NCBI GenBank assembly: GCA_963796965.1
Contig: CAWCNS010000007.1
Coordinates: forward strand, 352,001 to 416,000
Reading direction: 5' to 3'
Origin: Calditrichia bacterium
GTDB lineage: Bacteria > Calditrichota > Calditrichia > JAJRVZ01
Length of the DNA: 64,000 nucleotides
Shown here: positions 56,837 through 64,000 of the stretch, one piece after another
Layout of the letters: each line of letters begins with the position of its first letter
Position numbering within the stretch: position 1 is the first letter of the stretch
Notes under the pieces: model-generated
Told to the model about the DNA's origin: nothing
Database searches by the model: none
The model's input: the letters and a program-made list of their open reading frames with translations, nothing else
Program-made: the position numbers and the translations under genes

Positions 56837-57784
56837 CTAACTTTTCTGTTTTTTTAGAGCCATATCGACTAACACAGCAATGATGATAACAGAACCAATG
56901 ACAATTTGCTGAACAAAAGACGAAACACCGAGTAAATTCAAACCGTTCCTCAACACGCCCATAATAAGAGCACCAATCAATGTTCCAACAATTCTTCCCT
57001 CCCCTCCAAGCAGACTTGTACCGCCTATTACTGCAGCGGCAATAGCATCAAGTTCGTACATAATTCCCGCGATAGGCTGTGCAGAATTTAAACGCGCCGT
57101 TAATATAATCGCTGCCAAGCCACTAAGTAATCCACAGAGACCATATACCATTGTTTTATATAGTTTTACATTTATACCAGATAAAAGGGTGGCCTCCTCA
57201 TTTCCTCCCATTGCATACGTATATCGACCCAATTTTGATCTGGAAAGAAGGAAATGTGCAATGATATACACAACAGCCATAATAATCACAGGCATCGGGA
57301 TACTTAAGATTTCACCAGAGGCCAGGAAACGAAAGTCTTCTGAAAAGCCTGAGATTGGCCTTCCCTGTGTATATAATAATGCCCCACCGCGGGCAACACT
57401 CATCATACCTAATGTAGAGATAAATGGTGGTAATTTTCCGTATGTAATCAGGAGTCCATTGACAATGCCACAGAGCAATCCGACACTTATGCCTATCAAC
57501 AAGGCTATTGGCATGGGGATGCCGGCGTCTAAGGCACTCGCCAGCACAACCCCGGCAAAGGCCATAATAGAACCGACGGAAAGGTCAATGCCAGCACTAA
57601 TAATTACAAACGTCATTCCAACGGCTATAATGGCATTAATGGAAGTTTGTTGTGTAATATTCAGTATATTTGAAATCGTTAAAAAATGAGGGGTTAAAAT
57701 CCAAAGAATGAGGCATAAAATAATTAAACCGATCAAGGTTCCGAATTGTCGTGCGTTATGAAGTAAAAAATTCTTATAGTTCAT
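56837..57784 (-). CDS. Sugar ABC transporter permease (RbsC-like)
   Basis: GMTFVII..GIDLSVG, PPFI.TLG, GGNEEA..LSG, YELDAIAA.VIGG. Confidence 0.93.
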   Translation of the reverse strand: MNYKNFLLHNARQFGTLIGLIILCLILWILTPHFLTISNILNITQQTSINAIIAVGMTFVIISAGIDLSVGSIMAFAGVVLASALDAGIPMPIALLIGISVGLLCGIVNGLLITYGKLPPFISTLGMMSVARGGALLYTQGRPISGFSEDFRFLASGEILSIPMPVIIMAVVYIIAHFLLSRSKLGRYTYAMGGNEEATLLSGINVKLYKTMVYGLCGLLSGLAAIILTARLNSAQPIAGIMYELDAIAAAVIGGTSLLGGEGRIVGTLIGALIMGVLRNGLNLLGVSSFVQQIVIGSVIIIAVLVDMALKKQKS

Positions 57785-57785
57785 A

Positions 57786-59282
57786 TCAGGCTGCTCCCAA
57801 TGCACTGTGAAGTATCTTTTCCTGTGTTGCTTCAGATGCGGAATATTCACCAGAAATTTGTCCTTCATGCATGACTAAAATTCGATCACTCATTCCTAAT
57901 ACCTCAGGCAAATCAGAGGAGATCATGATAATGGCCGCCCCTTTGGCGGTTAACGCATTCATTAACTGATAGATCTCCACTTTTGAACCAACATCGATAC
58001 CCCGGGTAGGTTCATCAAATATTAATATATCTGCTTCTGAACATAGCCATTTGCTGATCACTAATTTTTGCTGATTTCCACCACTCAGATAGAGGGCCTT
58101 CTGATCCAGACCCGGCGTTTTTATCATCAGTTCTTTTACATATTTATTTGCTGTGCGAATTTCTTTCCCCTCATCAATAAAGCCGAATTTTGAGAATCTA
58201 TCCTCACTTGGCAAACAGATATTATCTTTCAAGGAGAGAGTGAGAACAAGCCCCTGTCCTTTCCTGTCTTCTGTTAGAAAACCAATCTTCTTATTTATTG
58301 CTTTCCGTGGAGAGTTGATTTTGCACAATTGATTCTCAATAAAGATTTTACCACCACTCCTAATGGTTTCAAGACCAAAAAGAGCCCGTGCGAGCTCCGT
58401 GCGCCCTGATCCCAATAAACCGGCGATGCCCAGGATCTCTCCTTTATGAAGATTAAAATTAATATCGTGTAAAAGATGATCAACACTCAGATTCTCAACC
58501 CGAAGGACTTCTTCCCCTATCTCCGCCTTTTCTTTCGGATACTGCTCTGACAGTTCACGATCTACCATCATTCTGATCAAATCGGATTTCTCAATATCGG
58601 AAATATTATGGGTAGCGACATAACGTCCATCGCGCAAAACAGTCACCCGATCACCAATTTCAAAAAGCTCTTCCAGGCGGTGTGAAATATAAATAACGGA
58701 AACACCACTCTCTTTTAGTCTGTTAATTGTAGCGAAAAGTTCATTGATTTCATTTTCACTCAGCGCAGATGTTGGCTCATCCATAATTAATATCTTTGCG
58801 TGTAGTGATAATGCTTTTGCTACTTCAATCATCTGTTGTTGTGCTATTCCCAAAGTACCAACAGGGCTTTCAGGATTTATATTTACACCAAGGCTATCCA
58901 AGATCTCTCGAGCTGCCAGATTCATTTGCTTTTGGTCGATTACGCCGGGCATTAATAAAAATTCACGACCAAGGAAAATGTTCTCTGCAACCGTTAGGCT
59001 TGGAATTAAATTTAATTCCTGATAAATGATCCCTATACCCAGGTTCTGAGCATGTTTGGGGTCCTTTACTTCAATCTCTTCCCCAGATAAAAATATCTTC
59101 CCGCTACTCTTCTGATAGGCACCACTTATTATTTTTACAAGTGTGGATTTGCCAGCTCCGTTCTCCCCAAGAAGAATATGCACTTCTCCTTCTAAGAGTT
59201 CGAAGTCCACATCATCAAGTGCCGTAACACCAGGAAAAACTTTTCCGATACCCTGCATTTTTAAAACGGAATTATCATTCAT
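57786..59282 (-). CDS. Sugar ABC transporter ATP-binding protein (RbsA-like, two ATPase domains)
   Basis: GENGAGKST, MDEPTS, YISHRL, LSGGNQQK, DEPTRGIDVG. Confidence 0.95.
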   Translation of the reverse strand: MNDNSVLKMQGIGKVFPGVTALDDVDFELLEGEVHILLGENGAGKSTLVKIISGAYQKSSGKIFLSGEEIEVKDPKHAQNLGIGIIYQELNLIPSLTVAENIFLGREFLLMPGVIDQKQMNLAAREILDSLGVNINPESPVGTLGIAQQQMIEVAKALSLHAKILIMDEPTSALSENEINELFATINRLKESGVSVIYISHRLEELFEIGDRVTVLRDGRYVATHNISDIEKSDLIRMMVDRELSEQYPKEKAEIGEEVLRVENLSVDHLLHDINFNLHKGEILGIAGLLGSGRTELARALFGLETIRSGGKIFIENQLCKINSPRKAINKKIGFLTEDRKGQGLVLTLSLKDNICLPSEDRFSKFGFIDEGKEIRTANKYVKELMIKTPGLDQKALYLSGGNQQKLVISKWLCSEADILIFDEPTRGIDVGSKVEIYQLMNALTAKGAAIIMISSDLPEVLGMSDRILVMHEGQISGEYSASEATQEKILHSALGAA

Positions 59283-59367
59283 ATAATTATATACAAGTTT
59301 TGATAAATCATTTTATGTAGATTGATAAATAACATAGTCCCGGCCAGGACTTTTGTGCTGCAAAGAA

Positions 59368-60172
59368 CTAAGAACAAATTTTATTTAAATGCTCGATAGC
59401 TTTTAACGCTGCTGTGTCAGAATCAGGGTTAGGTAAAATCTCAGCAGATACAAAGCCTTCGTATCCGATATTTAATAATACTTCTATTATTTCTTTGAAA
59501 TTGATGTGTCCTGCCCCGGGATACCAACGATTTGAATCAGCAACATGAAAATGAAACAGGTGGTTTTTGCTCAAAATTATGCTTTCAAGAATTGACGGTT
59601 CTTCTATATTCATATGAAACGTATCAAGAAGAAGGCCGACATTATTCTTATTGACTTTTTCGAGTAGCAATAGGCCCTCGGAGACCGTATTTACCAGGTC
59701 TGTTTCATATCTGTTTATTGGTTCAATGGCTAATTTAACCGTTTCATCCACTGAAGCAGATTCTCTCAATCCGTCGACTAACCATGACTCTACTTGCATT
59801 GGATCAATATTTTTCTCAGTTTTCCCACGAACCAATCCAATAATTACCTTTGCCTGTAATTGTTTGGCCAGAACAACTTGTGATTTAATCCGTTCAATGG
59901 CTCTTTGTCTGATATCTGGATCTGGATTTGTAAATGATAACCCTTCTTCTCCATAGGCCTGGCCCGTCCCTAAAGCAGGGACGGGCAAGTTATTCTCAGC
60001 AAGAAGCGTTTGTAATTCCTCAACATTGATTAATCTTTGGATCACGAACAGCTAATTCGACACCATCATAGCCAAGTTTCTTAATCTTTTTTAAATTCTC
60101 AGCAAGTTCCCCTTTGTAAGCCAATGCGGAGAAAGATGCTGGTTGGGTTGATAAAACAATGCTTAAATCCAT
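59368..60172 (-). CDS. iolO: 5-keto-L-gluconate epimerase (AP-endonuclease/xylose-isomerase-like barrel); frameshifted
   Basis: MDLSIVLST..ASFSALAYKG.L...GYDGVELAVRDP, GTGQAY, EPINRYE, DTFHMNIEE, H.ADSNRWYPG.GH. Confidence 0.82.
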
Positions 60173-60175
60173 AAA

Positions 60176-61270
60176 TTATAAACCCATCTTTCTAATTGCG
60201 TATATTGGTCTCCAGCCTTCTGTGAAAGGCTCCTTCATATAGGGTTCCATCTCTTCTTTTGTTCTCATCGTCGTCTTTTCGATAGGAGGAACTTTACCAG
60301 CTGGGAATGCTTCCAAAATTTCATCATGAACGAGTGTTAAATAGGAGCAGATGGCGGCAATGGTTCGACGGGCTTTTTTAGCCTCACCTATTGTTGGCCG
60401 TCCGACAACCCCCTCCGGTATCGATCCCATTTCAGTTGGAAAATGTCCTTGTCCTTCAGACCATTTACTGGGACGTGCAAATGGATCAACGGCTTTATCA
60501 AAATGACCTTCCGGCAAATAACCTTCTACGTTGGTTTCCTCTGCATAATTCATTTCCACATAATCAGGTTCAAGCAATAACATTACTGATGTTTCAGCCT
60601 CATCAGCATGCACAAAATTATCGTCCCAGTCACCGCCTCTGTCTTTTGTTCTAAAAAACTCACGAACAGCACGATGCCAGTCTATTGTTCGGAAAATTCC
60701 CGGTAAATTCCAGGTTTTTTGCATTTCCTGTATAGCAGCCTCGAGCAGCCATTGATGACCATGGTTGTTGATCAGAACTATTTTACGAAAACCATCATTC
60801 CAAAATCCGACCATTACATCAATGAGCATACGTTTTAATACTTCATCTTCCAGATGAATCGTTCCGGGCATTCCCACATGATGGTGCGGATGGCCTCCAA
60901 AATTAAGTGGTGTCCAGGTAAGATTTACCGGATTACCCTTTTTGGCTGAATAACGGCGTACACCTTCCAGGATTTGGGTAACCATAAATGTATCGAGTGC
61001 CGTAACTGTATGAAGCCCATGCAATTCCGTACACCCAATCGGAATAAATAAAATATCATTTTTCTTTCGATTTTCGACTACCTTATGGCGAATGGTGGTC
61101 TGAATATATGTTCCGGGTTTTGCCAATTCTGATTTGCTCGGTATTTCATAAGCGTCTAATATTTTTGAAATCTCTTCCTCAGAAGCTTCCCAAATCTTCT
61201 TTTTTAGACGTCCAACTGACGTATCTTCAAAGAATAGATCATCGCGATTTGTTTTTAACCATTTTTCCAT
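60176..61270 (-). CDS. iolN: 3-dehydro-scyllo-inosose hydrolase (creatininase family)
   Basis: PIGCTE.HG.H....LDT, GHP.HH.GMPGT, NNHG, HADE.ETS; lies between iolM and iolO. Confidence 0.82.
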   Translation of the reverse strand: MEKWLKTNRDDLFFEDTSVGRLKKKIWEASEEEISKILDAYEIPSKSELAKPGTYIQTTIRHKVVENRKKNDILFIPIGCTELHGLHTVTALDTFMVTQILEGVRRYSAKKGNPVNLTWTPLNFGGHPHHHVGMPGTIHLEDEVLKRMLIDVMVGFWNDGFRKIVLINNHGHQWLLEAAIQEMQKTWNLPGIFRTIDWHRAVREFFRTKDRGGDWDDNFVHADEAETSVMLLLEPDYVEMNYAEETNVEGYLPEGHFDKAVDPFARPSKWSEGQGHFPTEMGSIPEGVVGRPTIGEAKKARRTIAAICSYLTLVHDEILEAFPAGKVPPIEKTTMRTKEEMEPYMKEPFTEGWRPIYAIRKMGL

Positions 61271-61324
61271 ATCTTCTCCTATACTATATTTTTAGATTCT
61301 AAATACTTTGTAAAATTCTGTTTT

Positions 61325-61393
61325 GTCATTCCGAACTTGTTTCGGAATCTTTTTTTATTCAATTTATAGATCCTGAAATAAATTCAGGATGAC
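61325..61393. repeat. GTCAT..GAA-family inverted pair
   Basis: gtcattccgaacttgtttcggaatct ... agatcctgaaataaattcaggatgac. Confidence 0.88.
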
Positions 61394-61435
61394 AAAAATG
61401 TTATTGTAGATGATGCACTTTACTATGTTCAACAA

Positions 61436-62623
61436 TTAATCTAAATCAGTGATCGTGATTTTTACTTCGTCTCGATCTGTCTGTAGCATGACACAATTTT
61501 CATCTGCTTCATCCAAAGATATCTGTTTGGTTATCATTGGAGATACATCCATGCCCGTTGCCATCGCACTAATAACATTGGGAAAGGTTCCATGCCCTGA
61601 ATGCCCCTGGGCGCCAACAACACTGGCCCGTCGCACCTGTAGTACTTCACCATTTAGGGGAATTCTATCATCCGCACGTGCAACAACCACAACGGTCGTA
61701 TTAATACCTCTGCCCTCCCAAATGATTTTTTCCACATCGTTCCAGACAATGCTTGGCAATCCGGTGGCTTCAAGAATAAGCTTTGCTCCAAAGCCCCCAG
61801 TGATATCCAGAACAGCATCTGCTACAGCATCCTTGGTGGGATCGATAGCATGAGTAGCACCCATTGAAAGCGCCATTTCTCTTCTGGAAGCCGATGGTTC
61901 AGATAGAATAACGTTCGAAGCGCCCGCCCTCCGCAATACAGCACAGGCTGCGGCCCCAACAGGTCCACCACCCAAAATCACAACATTTTCTCCTGCTCGT
62001 ATGCCGCCACCGCGTTCAATCACGGCATTATAGGCAACAGATGTGGGCTCTACCAAACTACCTAAAAGCCACATTTTTTCTTCACCGTACTTTTCACCAA
62101 GAGATTTGAGACTCCAGAGATACCTGGCATCAACCTTAATATATTGTGCATAAGCCCCATCAATGGTGAATCCAAGTTCCTGAAGGCTCTCACAATGATT
62201 CGGGAAGCCATCGGCACAGGGCCGGCAATTACCACACCATATCATTTCCTCAGCACAGACCGGTTCACCAACTTCATATTTTTTCCCGGTTCTTTTATTA
62301 AGTGCCTTATCCCCAGCCTCAACCACTTTGCCTGAAAATTCATGTCCTAAAGTAGCAGGAAATGCGGTCAGACCAGGATAAAAAATGTATCCATCATCAT
62401 CACTTTGTCTCATGTGAACATCGCTACCACATATCCCACATGCCTGTACTTCAATGAGCACTTCAGTGGGTCCAGGTTTTGGTACTTCTTTTTCTCTTAT
62501 CTCTGTGCGGGGATTTCGCCACACTTTACTGCCAAGATAAGTCAACTCCCCTTCAATATCCTTGGCCCCCAATTTGAAATCCGGTTTAGGATCCCAATCC
62601 GCAACTAAATTGACTGTTCTCAT
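61436..62623 (-). CDS. iolM: Scyllo-inosose 3-dehydrogenase (Zn-dependent)
   Basis: A.W.P...F.LG.KD..G....GS.VWRNP N-terminus, CGICGSD, YPGLT.FP..LGHE, GAQGHSGHGTFP. Confidence 0.88.
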   Translation of the reverse strand: MRTVNLVADWDPKPDFKLGAKDIEGELTYLGSKVWRNPRTEIREKEVPKPGPTEVLIEVQACGICGSDVHMRQSDDDGYIFYPGLTAFPATLGHEFSGKVVEAGDKALNKRTGKKYEVGEPVCAEEMIWCGNCRPCADGFPNHCESLQELGFTIDGAYAQYIKVDARYLWSLKSLGEKYGEEKMWLLGSLVEPTSVAYNAVIERGGGIRAGENVVILGGGPVGAAACAVLRRAGASNVILSEPSASRREMALSMGATHAIDPTKDAVADAVLDITGGFGAKLILEATGLPSIVWNDVEKIIWEGRGINTTVVVVARADDRIPLNGEVLQVRRASVVGAQGHSGHGTFPNVISAMATGMDVSPMITKQISLDEADENCVMLQTDRDEVKITITDLD

Positions 62624-62716
62624 AATAATTTCCCTCTAATTTACTTCTATGGTTATTTTCAACTAAATTAATCACATCATATAGATCTACTCAAAAAAAG
62701 AGAATAAGATGGAAAA

Positions 62717-62773
62717 GTCATCCTGAATTTAGTTCAGGATCTTATATAGATACCGAAATAAATTCGGCATGAC
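62717..62773. repeat. GTCAT..GAA-family inverted pair
   Basis: gtcatcctgaatttagttcaggatct-tatat-agataccgaaataaattcggcatgac. Confidence 0.88.
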
Positions 62774-62860
62774 GAAAACCACGTTTTGCGAGTAGACTCA
62801 ATTAAATATCAGAAATATTTATTAAGTGCTTACCTCATCTTTTATTTTTCTATAAATCCA

Positions 62861-63874
62861 CTAAAAATCGTTGACCGATTTTACGTCTCCATCTTTAAGA
62901 GAAGCCGTTGCAGCAATGGCTACCTGCAGGCCCGCAATCCCATCATCAATGGTTATCATTGGTTCTTTATTATTCTCTAAATTGTAACAAAAATCATTTA
63001 ACTGATTAACATACGCATCACAAAATCGCTCCGGGAAGTAGGGCACAACATCATGTGACACTCCTTCTTTGGTCAGTACCAACAAAGGTGTTTCGCGCAG
63101 ATAACCTACCTGTAATGTTCCTTTTGTGCCTAAAACCTCTGCTCGGATATCATAACCATAAATTCCATTGCGACTAATGTCTATTTCACCAAGATTCCCA
63201 TTTTCAAATTTCATCGTCATAATGACATTGTCTGTATCACCTGTTTCTTCCACTTCAGGATAAGCCAACACACCGCCAATAGCATAAATTGTCTTTATAT
63301 CACCCATATACCATCTGGCAATATCAATATCATGTATGGCCATATCCAAAATCTGCCCGCCGCTATTTTCCGGGCGTAAATAGTCAATAGATGGCAAATA
63401 TGGATCACGTGACGAACCCCTGAAAACCACCGGATCGCCTATAATGCCCTCTTCAATTTTCTTTTTCGCTTCCGCTTGTCCACGATCAAATCTTCTCATA
63501 TAGCCTTGTTGGTAAAATATTCCCTTTTCCTCAATCACTTTTTTCATTTCGCGTGCTTCTTCCAAGATTGAGCGTCATGGGCTTTTCACAAAATACTGGT
63601 TTTCCATTTTCTGCTGCATCGATGACTATTTCTTTATGATTACTGTCGTTGCCGTAACCACAACGGCATCAACTTCAGGATCCCTGTTAATATCCTGATG
63701 ATTAAAATAGACGCGTGATACGTCATATTCTTCAGAGCAGTTTTTTGCCCGTTCGGGAATTAGATCGGCGACAGCGATCAGATTAGCATATGGCACACGT
63801 GTTGTGAGAAATTCCGCATACATTTTTCCCAATCGTCCTGTTCCGATTAAACCAATGTTGATCTTTTTTTTCAT
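62861..63874 (-). CDS. iolG: Myo-inositol 2-dehydrogenase (Gfo/Idh/MocA); frameshifted
   Basis: GLIGTGRLG, FCEKP, G..RRFD, SRDP, SGG..LDM.IHD.D.AR, YGYD.R.EV.G..G. Confidence 0.87.
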
Positions 63875-64000
63875 TAATCTTCCTTTTGTTATTCCGGAAA
63901 AGTATATATTAACCACAGAGGACACAGAGTAACTATATAATAATTATTGACTTAAACGAGTTTACTCATTTTTCCTACTCTGTAACCTTATATAATATAT

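Noticed and set aside
55294..59282. Assigning rbsABC (ribose) gene symbols
   Set aside because: The family is clear but the context points to inositol; the substrate cannot be fixed from sequence
178..62980. Numerous short plus-strand ORFs in the ORF track
   Set aside because: They are antisense shadows of well-supported minus-strand genes, with no motifs
8064..63874. Programmed frameshifting, phase variation or stop-codon recoding to explain the split genes
   Set aside because: The breaks change frame rather than read through one codon type, share no slippery motif, and hit unrelated genes
1..64000. CRISPR array among the many repeats
   Set aside because: No run of equal-length repeats with unique, regular spacers and no cas genes; the repeats are dispersed palindromes

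Overview
An AT-rich bacterial chromosomal segment in which essentially every gene lies on the minus strand; the exception is an IS110-family transposase. A YPNPFNP-type secretion C-terminal domain, a TonB-dependent receptor and GGAG-type RBSs suggest a diderm FCB-superphylum organism such as Calditrichota or a relative (inference). Bases 1-11.6 kb hold housekeeping and sulfur genes: cstA, purM, two YeeE/YedE halves, an OsmC-like gene, a metZ-like gene, DUF4416 and fadD. The metZ operon is preceded by an unannotated Cys/Met-rich leader peptide with terminator/antiterminator architecture. Bases 12-64 kb form a co-oriented catabolic region: a beta-propeller phytase with a two-component system, three metallophosphoesterases, a TonB-dependent receptor, an OPA-family MFS transporter, an IolK-like kinase, a sugar ABC transporter and Thermotoga-type iolG-iolM-iolN-iolO genes. 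Inside it sits a block of GH20, GH123, GH36, sulfatase, HGSNAT-like and beta-helix genes. An IS1111-type element has mappable ends, a predicted circle-junction promoter and a structured 3' non-coding region, and it is inserted in an intergenic repeat. Almost every intergenic gap holds palindromic repeats from several families, one of which flanks a DUF559 nuclease gene. Many genes are broken by single frameshifts, most likely sequencing indels. No rRNA, tRNA or CRISPR array was seen. All protein calls come from motif recognition, not database searches.
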